The translations under genes were made by a program, and so were the position numbers. The notes under the pieces were generated by a model that was not told where the DNA came from, did no database searches, and saw only the letters and a program-made list of their open reading frames with translations. From contig CAWJCS010000006.1 in assembly GCA_963841435.1 (NCBI GenBank), forward strand, positions 160,001 to 224,000: DNA of 64,000 nt, given 5' to 3'. Shown here piece by piece: positions 39,935-49,685 of this stretch. This DNA comes from an uncultured delta proteobacterium (GTDB lineage: Bacteria; Myxococcota_A; Polyangia; Polyangiales; Polyangiaceae). Positions within the stretch are counted from its first letter, which is position 1; each line of letters begins with the position of its first letter.

Positions 39935-40558
39935 ACAACGTCTTCGTTGGTCAAGAACAGCCGCTCGCAGTCCGGGATCCTGAGACCGTAGCGGCTTGCC
40001 AGCGAGAAGACCGGTGACCACAGCGGATTTGCCGTCGAGAGCAAGAGGCGCCCGCCGTCGCGCAGTGCCGTGCGGATCTTGTCGAGCGCGCGCCCCACGT
40101 CTTCCATGTATTCGAGCGTGTTGATCAGGAGGACGGCGTCGAAGCTTTCGTCGCCCTCGAAGTCTTCGATGGCCTGAATGCGAAAATCGAGAATCCGGAT
40201 GGTCTTTTCGTGCCGCCTGCACCATGCCAGGGCTGAGATCGATGCCGAGCCCCTCGCGAGGAGCCACCGCTCGGAGCACGTCGCCGCGGCCCGAGCCAAC
40301 GTCCAGCACCTTGCGGCCGGGCGGGACGAGCGAGCGGCACCAGGCCGTGATGTGGCCGTTGTAGTAGGCGTTCTGCTGCTTCAATCGGGGGTAATCGTCC
40401 GCGATGGCCTGGAAGTGGTCGCGAATGCGCGCGTTGTGCGTCGAAGGCGACGCACTCCACCGGAGTGCCCGTGCGTCGCTCCGGTCGCGCGCGGGCGCGA
40501 CGCTCTCCACCACGGAAAGGTCCGCGGATACTGCTTCGGCTCTCTCGAGTAACATCAT
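39935..40558 (-). pseudogene. Class I SAM-dependent methyltransferase, frameshifted (~40197) and 3'-truncated at the CRISPR array
   Basis: VLDVGSGRGD, GIDLSPGMV, FDAVLLINTLEY, GGRLLLSTANPLW. Confidence 0.8.
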
Positions 40559-41037
40559 CAAAGCTCCCCAGCGTTCGCCGACGTCGGTCGTCGCCCGCGA
40601 TCCGCCACCGAACCCGCCACCAAGACCCGCCACCAATCGGGTCATCGAAAGACCAACCTCCGAAAGGGACGGCCCCACGCGTCGTGCGAGAGGCACGCCC
40701 CGACGCGCGGCGGCGCGCGCGCGGAGCAGCGTGTCGCCGATCTGCTGCGCGCGTCGCGTCGAACCGCTGCTCGGTGGGGCGCGGAGGCGAGTCCGAGGCT
40801 GTGCCTGAATGTGCCAGCCCCTGTCGTCGCTGCCACGGTACCCGGGAGCCGAACGCACCCGGTGCGTCCCGGATCCGGGCGCCGCTCGGGTAAGAATCGC
40901 GGCCGTTGCGGCCGCGGCGAGTCGAGCCACGCCGTCACGGTGCGTCGGAGGTGCAACGTGCGGGCCAACCTGCGCGCGCCGCCGTAGAAGCGGTCGTCGA
41001 ACGCGACCTGGTCATCGCAGCTCGCGTGTCAGCTCAC

Positions 41038-41691
41038 TCAGCCGGCCGCTGGCTTGCTGGCGCTAATCGCCCATTGGGCGGCGAAGGCGCGCGCGTAAGC
41101 GGGCCGCGCTTCGCCGCGGGCGACGTAGGCAGCCAAGCTCGGAAATTCGTCCAGAATGCCCGATGGCCTCAGCCTGAGCAGCACCGACACCATCATCAGG
41201 TCGCCGGCGCTGAAGGCGCCATCGAGCCAGTCGGCATCGCCCAGGCGAGCGGAGAGTTGGCTGAGCCTGCCGCGAGCGCGATCTTTCACTAGAGGAAGGC
41301 GCTCCGCAGTCCAGGGCTTGTCGCTCTCGAGCAGCTTCGCCGTTGCAAGCTCGAGGATCGGCGGTTCCACCGTACTGAGCGCGGCAAACATCCACGCGAT
41401 TGCGCGCGCGCGGGCATTTTCATCCGCTGGCAGCAGGCCTGCGTGGCGTTCGGCGATGTGGAGCACGATAGCTCCCGATTCGAACAGCGCGAGATCGCCG
41501 TCCTCGTAGGTGGGAATCGCGCCGAAGGGATGAAGCGCCAGATGCGCGGGCTCCTTCAGCGCGCGAAATGAAACCAGGCGGACCTCGTAAGGCTGGCCCA
41601 CTTCTTCGAGCGCCCAGCGCACGCGCGTATCACGCGCGAGTCCCTTGCCGCCATCGGGCGAGCGTTCGAAGGCGGTGATGGTGATGGTCAT
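41038..41691 (-). CDS. Glutathione S-transferase family protein
   Basis: RVRWALEE, HPFGAIP, LFESGAI, FSAGDLMM. Confidence 0.92.
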   Translation of the reverse strand: MTITITAFERSPDGGKGLARDTRVRWALEEVGQPYEVRLVSFRALKEPAHLALHPFGAIPTYEDGDLALFESGAIVLHIAERHAGLLPADENARARAIAWMFAALSTVEPPILELATAKLLESDKPWTAERLPLVKDRARGRLSQLSARLGDADWLDGAFSAGDLMMVSVLLRLRPSGILDEFPSLAAYVARGEARPAYARAFAAQWAISASKPAAG

Positions 41692-41933
41692 CGTGGAGCT
41701 CCTTCGGATGAAAAAATCGTCGGCCCAGCTGGTCGCGGCGGCGTGTCACTGCGCTTCATGGTCGTTGTCCTCCGATGTCGATCAGAGTGCCCCCGACCCT
41801 CGTCGCCGAGAGCGCGAGCGGCAGGAACGGGCCGCCGACAACGTCCGCAACAGGACGGGCGAGCTGAAAGAGCCGGGGTTCACGCCGACCCGCACGTGCG
41901 CTCTGATGGTCCCTCCGGTGCCAAAGAAGTCCC

Positions 41934-42674
41934 TCAACCCGCGCGCAGCAGGAACCGGAGCCCGATCAGCACCAGCAGAAGCTCCACCACCAGCGTGAAG
42001 CGAGCCGCGTCCAAGCGGCGCAGGACCTTCGTCCCTGCCAGCGTGCCCAGCACCATCGCGACCCCGAGTGCAGCGCCGAGCGTGAGGGTCCCTGCGTCAA
42101 CCGCGCCGCCGTGGCGGTAGACGACTACCTTTACGACATGCATCCAGACCGCGCAGGCCGCGACGGTCCCCACGAACGCCCGCCCGGTCAGACCCGCGGC
42201 CAGAAAGAACGGCGAGACGATTGGCCCCATTCCGCCGACCACGCCCCCGACGAAGCCCCCGCCCGCGCCCACCGCAACGAACACGCGCTCGTCGAGGATG
42301 CGCAGCTTTCCGCCCGGCATGCGCCGTGAGACGACGGCCAGGATCAGAAAGCCGCCGATCGCCTTCAAGAGCCAGAACACCGGTAGGGAAAGGAAGACCG
42401 CGGCTCCGAGGGCGGCGCCCAAGGTCGAGCCGAGGGCGTACCAACCTACGATGCGCCACCTGACGTGAGCTCGGTTGACGAACGCGCGCGAAGGCGTACC
42501 GAGCAGCATCATCACCGTCAGGATTGGCACCGCGCGCTGGGGACCGACGGCCGCCGTGAGAAACGGCAGAAACAGCATCCCGCCCCCAAACCCCGCAATC
42601 GCCGAAACGATCGCCCCCAGAAACGAGAGCCCGACGAGCCCGACCACCGTCGGCCACAGCGCGATCCCCTCCAT
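41934..42674 (-). CDS. TauE/SafE family (TSUP) membrane transporter
   Basis: SAIAGFGGGMLFLP and GGVVGGMGP motifs; multiple TM segments. Confidence 0.85.
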   Translation of the reverse strand: MEGIALWPTVVGLVGLSFLGAIVSAIAGFGGGMLFLPFLTAAVGPQRAVPILTVMMLLGTPSRAFVNRAHVRWRIVGWYALGSTLGAALGAAVFLSLPVFWLLKAIGGFLILAVVSRRMPGGKLRILDERVFVAVGAGGGFVGGVVGGMGPIVSPFFLAAGLTGRAFVGTVAACAVWMHVVKVVVYRHGGAVDAGTLTLGAALGVAMVLGTLAGTKVLRRLDAARFTLVVELLLVLIGLRFLLRAG

Positions 42675-42744
42675 CAGCGACCCTTCCCGCCGACGTTGAG
42701 CAAGCACCCGCGCGAGCTGGTTCGTATCGTGAAGGCGTGGGAAT

Positions 42745-43924
42745 TCATGACCCCGAGGTGTAGTCGTCGAAGCTGAAGCTCGGCTGGGCGTGTCGCGCCA
42801 TGAACTTGGTGAGCCCCGGCAACCCGGCCATCTTGATGAGCAGATCACGTGTCCATACCGAGGGCTGATTCGCGGGGGCGAAAAACATGCGGTAGGCCTT
42901 GGCGCGGTCCTGCTGTTCGGCAACGAAGCGGCCGAGCTTTTCGTGATAGCGCTGAAACGCCAAAGGCACGTCGCCTGCGGCTCGAGTCAGCTCGCCGGCC
43001 AAGACGTAAGCCTCGGTCATGGCCAGGCCCGTGCCCTCTCCTACGAGAAGCGACGCGCACGCCGCCGCGTCACCGACCAGGGCGACTCGTCCTTTCGACC
43101 AGCTGGGCATGCGGATCTGGCTGACGCGATCGAAGTAGACGGGCCCGCGATCCAGGTAGGAAAGCATCTCGGGGACCTCCCAACCGACGTCGGCATAGAC
43201 CGAACGGAGACAGCTCTCTACCTCCTCAGCGAGACTTGGGTTCACTTTCCACGAGGGAAGCGCGGAAGATCAGGAGAACGACCGTGGTTCCATCGTAGCG
43301 CTGGATGCGTGCAGCCCAGCGGTTCGGGATGGAATGGGCGAGGTACTTGTCGTCGTCTCGATGGGGGTAGTCGGGCGCGCGGTAGACGGCGACGTAGCAG
43401 TCCAAAAAGTGCTCGAACTCGCTTTCGGGGCCGAAGGCGAGCTCTCGAACCGCCGAATGGAGCCCGTCGGCTCCGACAATCGCGTCGAAGGATTCGCTCT
43501 CGCCGTTGGACAGGGTCACGTCGACTCGATCCGTCGCCTGTTCGATGCCCACGATGTGGGTTCCAAATTCGGCCCGGATGCCCTGGCATGCCCCGAACAG
43601 TGACTCACAAATCGCACCCCTGGGGATGGTGATGAAGCGCCCGTCCCACTGCTCCCGCACCTCGCTCGTGTCCAGTCCGGCCACTTCGTTCCCGTGGGTG
43701 TCAACGAAGCAGAGCCGGTTCATCTCCTTGCCCTTGGCCCGAAGCTCCGGGATGAGCCCCATCTTCTCGGCCACCTGGTAGCCCAGGCCCCAGAAATCCA
43801 CGACGAAGCCCTCCTTGCGGAGGGTTTCGGCCTTCTCGAAGAGAACGGGTTCGTGGCCGTATTTCTTCAGCCAGTAGGCCAGGGTTGGTCCACCGATCCC
43901 GATACCGTTGATGCCGATCTTCAT
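42745..43924 (-). CDS. FAD-dependent monooxygenase (frameshift near 43240, possibly sequencing error)
   Basis: GIGIGGPTLAYWL, VGADGLHS, ALVGDAA..GEGTGLAM split over two ORFs. Confidence 0.85.
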
Positions 43925-44502
43925 GACGTCTCCTGTTCTGATGATGTTTCCTTTTGCACCATGCGGGAGAACTCGGTCCACGAGCGACCGAGCTCAGCTC
44001 CGCTGTGAGAAGCGAGCAGATGCAGCGAGATCCCATCGAGCATGAGGAGCGCCATGTTCGCGACTCTGCGGGCGCTCTTCTTCTTCAACCCCACCTGCAC
44101 GAAGTGAGCGGCGATGCTCTCGTTGACTTCTGTCAGGTAGCTCGCGAGCCGCTCGCGCAGCTGGTCGTCGAACATCGCCTTGCCGAAGAACACGTAGTAG
44201 GCGCGCAGAAAGTCACCGCGCTGTTCGAGCATTTGGAAGGTCATCTTCCCGAGCGTGTCGAGCAACTGTTTCAAGGTCATCCCGTTGGGGGGCTGCCACT
44301 CCACGAAATCCTCGAACAGCAGCTCGAACGCTTCGTGCGGGACGGAGCTCAGCGTCGGGAAGTGGTGAAACACGGTGGCCTTGCTGACCCCGAGCTCTTG
44401 GGCCAACCTGGCGGCCGAAAAGGCCTCGGGTCCCTGGCTCCCCAAGAGCCGAATGGTGCCTTCGAGAATGCGTCGCCGTGTATCCGAGGGATGGGGTGGC
44501 AT
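43921..44502 (-). CDS. TetR-family transcriptional regulator
   Basis: RRRILEG..LAQELGVSKATVFHHF; ATGA overlap with the monooxygenase. Confidence 0.9.
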   Translation of the reverse strand: MPPHPSDTRRRILEGTIRLLGSQGPEAFSAARLAQELGVSKATVFHHFPTLSSVPHEAFELLFEDFVEWQPPNGMTLKQLLDTLGKMTFQMLEQRGDFLRAYYVFFGKAMFDDQLRERLASYLTEVNESIAAHFVQVGLKKKSARRVANMALLMLDGISLHLLASHSGAELGRSWTEFSRMVQKETSSEQETS

Positions 44503-44506
44503 GAGG

Positions 44507-44551
44507 CTGACCGATCGGTCAGGATCATGGGGCGACGCGCGCAGGTGTCAA
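44507..44551 (-). promoter_or_regulatory. tetR promoter and candidate operator
   Basis: TTGACA-N16-CATGAT on minus strand followed by perfect 16-bp palindrome CTGACCGATCGGTCAG (44507-44522). Confidence 0.7.
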
Positions 44552-44689
44552 GTCGGCCCAGGGCGGAGGAGCTTCAGATTCACGATGATGCGCTCGCCGG
44601 TGCCCTTGTGACGGAGCTCCAGACGAATCGGGCGGGGAGCAAGCTCGGAGGGGCAGTCCGTCGCTCGACCTGGACAGAGCCGTAGGCGC

Positions 44690-45715
44690 GTGGAACGCTG
44701 TCGTCCGGAGCGGGTGAAGGTGCGCGAGATCGGAAACGGACGTAGAGAACCGAGAGCGCAACAGCTGCTCTTGTGCGTCGTGCTCATTCCTCTCATGGCC
44801 TACTGCGGCGGGCAGAGTGAACGTGACGAGCAGCGCCCGAGCGGATCGTCCGGCAAGGGTGGCTCCGGTGGCTCCGGTGGCTCCGGTGGCTCCGGTGGCT
44901 CGATGGGCGGCACCGACACCGGGAGCGGCCCCGGTGCGACGGGGGGCGTCGCGGCCAGCGGCGGAACGCTCGGCGGCGGGGGCGGCGTCGGCGGTGACTT
45001 CGCCGGTCACACCGGGATCTGCGCGGGCGACCCCTGCGCGCCTGGCTGCGCGTTTACCTGCAGCGGCAACGGTGGAGGTGGTCAGGGCGGGGCGGGCAAC
45101 GGCGGCGTTTCAGGAGTTGGTGGCGCCGGCGACGGCGGTGCCGACAACGGCGGTGCTTCAGGAGTTGGTGGCGACTTCGCCGGTCACACCGGACTGTGCA
45201 TGACCGCCGGCTGCGCCGGGCAGGGTGGCGGCGGGCAGGGTGGCGGCGGTGTCGGCGGTGACTTCGCCGGTCACACGGGGATCTGCGCGGGCAACCCCTG
45301 CGCGCCTGGCTGCCCGGGTATCTGCGGCGGCGACGGTGGGGGTGGCCAGGGCGGGGCGGGCAACGGCGGGGTTGGCGGGGCTGGAAATGGTGGAGCTGGC
45401 GACGGCGGCGCCGGAGCGAGCGGAGCGGGAGCGAGCAACATGGCCTTCGCGGACCGCCTCGACGCCGAGGTCGCGAGCGCGACGTACGGCGGCCCAACGC
45501 TGCGCGCTTGCTACGCGCTGCCGGGCTACGAGCCCGACCCCTGCCTCCCACCGGATGACGGCTTCGTCACGTGGCTCGACATGCCGGGCGGGTGCGAGCC
45601 CCACGTGAAGGACGGGCCTTTCCCGAGCTCGGGGCGCGGAGGAAGGCAGTGTTGTTACACGGTGACCTGCGTGCCCCTGACGGCGAGCGGCGTGCGCGAC
45701 CGCGTTCGGCCCTGA
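44690..45715 (+). CDS. Gly-rich lipoprotein with three GDFAGHTG(I/L)C repeats and Cys-rich C-domain
   Basis: PLMAYC lipobox-like; internal duplications; ends QCCYTVTC; start uncertain. Confidence 0.65.
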   Translation: MERCRPERVKVREIGNGRREPRAQQLLLCVVLIPLMAYCGGQSERDEQRPSGSSGKGGSGGSGGSGGSGGSMGGTDTGSGPGATGGVAASGGTLGGGGGVGGDFAGHTGICAGDPCAPGCAFTCSGNGGGGQGGAGNGGVSGVGGAGDGGADNGGASGVGGDFAGHTGLCMTAGCAGQGGGGQGGGGVGGDFAGHTGICAGNPCAPGCPGICGGDGGGGQGGAGNGGVGGAGNGGAGDGGAGASGAGASNMAFADRLDAEVASATYGGPTLRACYALPGYEPDPCLPPDDGFVTWLDMPGGCEPHVKDGPFPSSGRGGRQCCYTVTCVPLTASGVRDRVRP

Positions 45716-45729
45716 CGGTCGGGGGTCCC

Positions 45730-48048
45730 GTGCCGCGTTCGTCCGCGTCGAGCCGCGAGGCGAGCTTGCTCGCAGGCCTGCTCGTCGTCGGCATCCTGGT
45801 GCTTTCGTACGGCCTCGGCCGCCACCAGCCGCTCGCCGACTGGTTGTCTTTCCACTACCTGCGTGCGGCGCTACTCGCCGGCTGCTTCGCCTTCGCCTCG
45901 CTCGTGGCAGGCCACGGGGTCCTGGTGCGAACCCTCGGGCGCACCCTCCCGCTCGCCGAGCACGCGACGCTCGCGTTCGCGCTCGGGGTCTTCGCCTTCT
46001 TCCTCACGAGCTTCGTCTTCGGGATGCTCGGACTCTACGGCGGCGTGTTCTTCTTCGGCGCGCCGCTCTTGCTGGTCGCCTTCGGTCTGCCAAGCTTCGC
46101 GCGGAGCGCGTCCCGGCTCCGCCGCCATCTGGCGCGCGTGGACCTCCGCGTGCGGGTGGGGCCACTTTCCGCTCTGGTGCTGGCGCTCGGGTGCCTGGGT
46201 ATCGCGCTCGTCTGGTTCACCATTCTGACGCCCCAGAACGCGTCGTACGACGCGCGCTGGTACCATTTGCCGATAGCGCAGCAGTACGCCGCTCAGGGCC
46301 GCATCTCCGCCTTCGGCGAGGGCTGGGTGAACGGCGCGTTCCCGCAACTCGCGAGCCTACTCTACACGTGGGCGTTCTGCGCGCCTGGCACACTGTTCGA
46401 TCGGGTCGAGACTGCTGCGCACCTCGAGCTCGCGATGCTCTTCATGACGCTGGTCGGCGTCGGCGCGCTCTATCGGCGCGTGCTCGGCGAGCGCTCGCCG
46501 CTCGCGTGGACCGCGCTCTTCGTGTTCCCCGGCATCTTCTGCTACGACTCGGGGCTCGTGCTCGGCGCCGATCACGTGGCCGCGCTCTTCGCCGCGCCGG
46601 TCGCCCTGCTCGCACTGCGCTTCTCCGAAGCGCCCGATCGGCGCTGGGCGCTGCTCCTCGGTGCGGCCGTGGCCGCAGCGCTCGACACGAAGTACACGGC
46701 GGTGCTGCTTTTGCCGCTGCCGCTCGCCCTTGTCGCGAAAGCCGCGCTCGGGCGGCCCGATCGCCGCCGCACGTTCGTCTCGAGCGGGCTCACGCTGCTC
46801 GGCAGCATCGTCGTGCTGACGGCGCCGCACTGGCTGAAGAACGCCGTCTACTACGGCGACCCGCTGTTCCCGCTGCTGCGCCGCTTCTTCCCCGCCCACC
46901 CCTGGCAGGAGGCAGCCGAGGCGCCCCTCGCCGGCTGGTACTACCGAGTGCACGTGCCGTCCGGCCTCGCCGGTGTCGCGGACATGCTGAAGACGCTCGT
47001 GACCTTCTCGTTCGTCCCCCACGACTTTCCCCAGTATCATGGCTCGATCCCGGTCTTCGGGTCGCTGTTCACGCTGCTCACGCCGACGCTCTGGTTCTTC
47101 CGCCGCCGGGCGCGCCTGGTCTGGCTGTTCTCGGGGAGCTACCTCGGCATCGCGGCCTGGTGCTACCTGCATCAGTTCGATCGCTACTTGCAGGTGCTCG
47201 TCCCGTGGATGGCCGCGGGCTCGGCGGCGGCGATTGCGCTGTCGTTTCGGAGGGGCGGCATGGCGCGCACGGCGGTCGTCGGGCTCGTTGGCTTGCAGGT
47301 GCTTTGGGCCGCCGGCGTGCCGTTCATTCCCAGCCACCGCGCGGCGCCCGCGCCCATCCTGAAGGTGGTCGTCGATCTCCTTTCGTCGCACGAGGGCGAC
47401 CCGGCACGGGCCGAGTTGATGGGCTACCCGGCCTGGGAAGCGCTCGGGCGAGCCCTACCCCAGGGCGCGCGCCTCTTGCTGCACGAAGAGGAGGTGGCGC
47501 TCGGGATCGACGCGGCCGTGGTGCGCGATCATCCGGGCGACCAGGGGGCCCTGTATTGGGGTGAGCCCGGAGCTCAGACGCCTCGCGAGGTGTGGCGCCT
47601 GCTCGAAGCGCAGCGCGTGACGCACCTCGCGTGGGCCACGCACCTCGATCACGGCAACGACACGGTCGCGAGCGGGCTCGTCTTCTTCGACTTCGTGGCG
47701 CACCATGCCGAGCCGCTCGGTGAGCACGGCGGGTTTTCGCTCGCACGCCTGCCCGCCGAGCCGCCGCCCGCGGAGCCGCCCGGCCTGGTGGCGTACTTTC
47801 CGTGCGGCACGACGCGCTTCGCACCGGGTCTGTATCCGCTCGGGGCGCTCGCCCGCGGCCCGAAGGACGTGCGGCCGGCGCCAGGTCCGCTCGCGGGCGT
47901 GTCGTTCGGCGCGGCGCTCGAGCGTGCACGCTTCTTGGTGCTGGACGTGCGCTGCCACCCGCCGCTCGCGCCCGCCCAGCGCCGGACCTTCGAGCTTCTC
48001 GCCGCCCGCGACCGAGCGATGCTCTTTTCGCGGAGGCCGGAGCCATGA
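45730..48048 (+). CDS. Polytopic membrane protein, GT-C-like glycosyltransferase
   Basis: SYDARWYHLPIAQQY loop, TKY, WLKNAVYYGDPLFP, DRYL; many TM segments; start uncertain. Confidence 0.65.
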   Translation: MPRSSASSREASLLAGLLVVGILVLSYGLGRHQPLADWLSFHYLRAALLAGCFAFASLVAGHGVLVRTLGRTLPLAEHATLAFALGVFAFFLTSFVFGMLGLYGGVFFFGAPLLLVAFGLPSFARSASRLRRHLARVDLRVRVGPLSALVLALGCLGIALVWFTILTPQNASYDARWYHLPIAQQYAAQGRISAFGEGWVNGAFPQLASLLYTWAFCAPGTLFDRVETAAHLELAMLFMTLVGVGALYRRVLGERSPLAWTALFVFPGIFCYDSGLVLGADHVAALFAAPVALLALRFSEAPDRRWALLLGAAVAAALDTKYTAVLLLPLPLALVAKAALGRPDRRRTFVSSGLTLLGSIVVLTAPHWLKNAVYYGDPLFPLLRRFFPAHPWQEAAEAPLAGWYYRVHVPSGLAGVADMLKTLVTFSFVPHDFPQYHGSIPVFGSLFTLLTPTLWFFRRRARLVWLFSGSYLGIAAWCYLHQFDRYLQVLVPWMAAGSAAAIALSFRRGGMARTAVVGLVGLQVLWAAGVPFIPSHRAAPAPILKVVVDLLSSHEGDPARAELMGYPAWEALGRALPQGARLLLHEEEVALGIDAAVVRDHPGDQGALYWGEPGAQTPREVWRLLEAQRVTHLAWATHLDHGNDTVASGLVFFDFVAHHAEPLGEHGGFSLARLPAEPPPAEPPGLVAYFPCGTTRFAPGLYPLGALARGPKDVRPAPGPLAGVSFGAALERARFLVLDVRCHPPLAPAQRRTFELLAARDRAMLFSRRPEP

Positions 48049-49367
48049 CGCGCGGCCGCGGTTCACGGGTGGCGCTCGCGCTCTTGCTGTGCGGCTGTGG
48101 CGAAGCGAGCTCCTCGAGCGAGCCCGTTGCCCCGGCGCACGTCGCGAGCGCGGACTGCCCCCTGAAGGTGCCCGCCGACTGGCAGGCGTTCCTGGAAACG
48201 TTGGTTGACGATCAGCACTGGGTGATGACCTGCAGCGACCTGCAAGACTGCGGCCCACGGCTCGGTGACTTCCTCGCTCACGTGGAGAGCAACGTCGCGA
48301 GCGTGCTCGCGCGCTGCAGTGTCGACCTGGAACGAAATCCCGCGATCGCGGCCTGCACGGAGCACCTGCGCCGCTACCTGCCCGCCTTCGTCGAGCAGCA
48401 CCAGACGGGCAGCTACGGTTTCCGCCAGCCGAACGTCGAGTACTTTACCGCTCAGGCGGCGCCCAACGTCCCCGCCGGCATGATGGACCCGCCGAGCGCG
48501 CTCTTTGCCGCGCTCCCCACGCGCGCCGCAGTCGAAGCCGCGGCTCGTGATCAGGGCATGGTGTACCTCACGCACGACTCGTGCCTCGGCGGCGTGCGCA
48601 CGTTCGTACACGTCGTGGACTCCCAAGGACGCTTCGAGCAGTGGCTCCTCTTCGGCATGGAGAACGACGCCAGCGCCGTGTCCGACCCGACGATCGTGTC
48701 GTTCATCGCAGTGCAGAAGACGGACGCAGGCGGCGTGCCGCTGCCGAAGCCTCGCCTGCACTTCCGGGACTACCTGGCCGCGAGCGGCGCATCCGGCTGG
48801 ACCCTGAGCCTCCCCGACGGCTTCGAAGGCAAGTGCTACGGGTGCCACACGAGCGGCCTACGGGCGCTCGTGCCCTCCCTCGCCTCCATCACCGAGTCCG
48901 CGCCCGTGCGTGGTGAGCCCGGCTTCGGCGTGGATCCGCCCCCGGATTTCGGCGCCGAACGACTGGCGGCGCTCAACGATCGCCTGGTCGCCGGCGGTCC
49001 GCCCGACTGGAACGACACCATCCGCCCGGCGGATCACGGTCCCGTGCTGGGCGCGACCCTCGGCTGCACCGAGTGCCACGACGGTCGCACCCGCGGCACG
49101 CTGAGCGTCTCGAGCAGCGAGGGCACGCTGCGCCAGAAGATGGTCGGCCAGCTCAGCATGCGCTCGTATGCCGACGGCGTGAGCGTGCCCGACGAACGCG
49201 CCATGGAGCTTCTGGCGCGCGAACAGAGTGGCGACCCACCACTCGGCCCCGAGGAGGCGAGCGAGCTTGCGGCCGCGCGCGCCCAGCACCAGGCCGACTA
49301 CGATGCCTTCGTGGCGGCACGCTTCCCCGACTGGAAGGCGTGGATGCTCGAGCGCTCGTGCGAGTGA
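48045..49367 (+). CDS. Putative di-heme c-type cytochrome lipoprotein
   Basis: LLLCGC lipobox; CYGCH and CTECH motifs; ATGA overlap with upstream gene. Confidence 0.6.
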   Translation: MTRGRGSRVALALLLCGCGEASSSSEPVAPAHVASADCPLKVPADWQAFLETLVDDQHWVMTCSDLQDCGPRLGDFLAHVESNVASVLARCSVDLERNPAIAACTEHLRRYLPAFVEQHQTGSYGFRQPNVEYFTAQAAPNVPAGMMDPPSALFAALPTRAAVEAAARDQGMVYLTHDSCLGGVRTFVHVVDSQGRFEQWLLFGMENDASAVSDPTIVSFIAVQKTDAGGVPLPKPRLHFRDYLAASGASGWTLSLPDGFEGKCYGCHTSGLRALVPSLASITESAPVRGEPGFGVDPPPDFGAERLAALNDRLVAGGPPDWNDTIRPADHGPVLGATLGCTECHDGRTRGTLSVSSSEGTLRQKMVGQLSMRSYADGVSVPDERAMELLAREQSGDPPLGPEEASELAAARAQHQADYDAFVAARFPDWKAWMLERSCE

Positions 49368-49544
49368 CGTGGACGCACGCGATCCCCGGTCACTGGTGAC
49401 CACTGACCGGGTTTGTGTCACCCAGAAAGTGTCACCTAGGCCCCCGGCCGTACCCCCTTGGAGCCGTACTTGCTGGCTCGGACGGCCTACTTGCAACGTC
49501 GAGCTTGCCGGCAACAATCGCTTCTCGTGGGTGAGTCCCCATCG

Positions 49545-49676
49545 ACGAACAAGGCAGCTAGGACTCTCGTCGCGCACGGTGGAAAACCACCTGGCACGAG
49601 CCTACGAAAGCTCGGTGTCCGCTCGCGCACGGAGCTTGCGCTCTTGAACCGGGTGTGGCCCGAGCCCGGCTGCTGA
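49545..49676 (+). pseudogene. LuxR-type HTH remnant
   Basis: QLGLSSRTVENHLARAY then (frameshift) RKLGVRSRTELA. Confidence 0.65.
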
Positions 49677-49685
49677 CGTTTTCGC

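Noticed and set aside
43226-43245. Programmed frameshift in the FAD monooxygenase (and similar single-base shifts elsewhere)
   Set aside because: No slippery motif seen; scattered indels are more simply sequencing error or decay
44858-44901. GGTGGCTCC tandem repeat and other Gly-linker repeats (3029-3180, 52120-52270)
   Set aside because: Low-complexity coding linkers typical of these lipoproteins; no unique spacers, so not CRISPR
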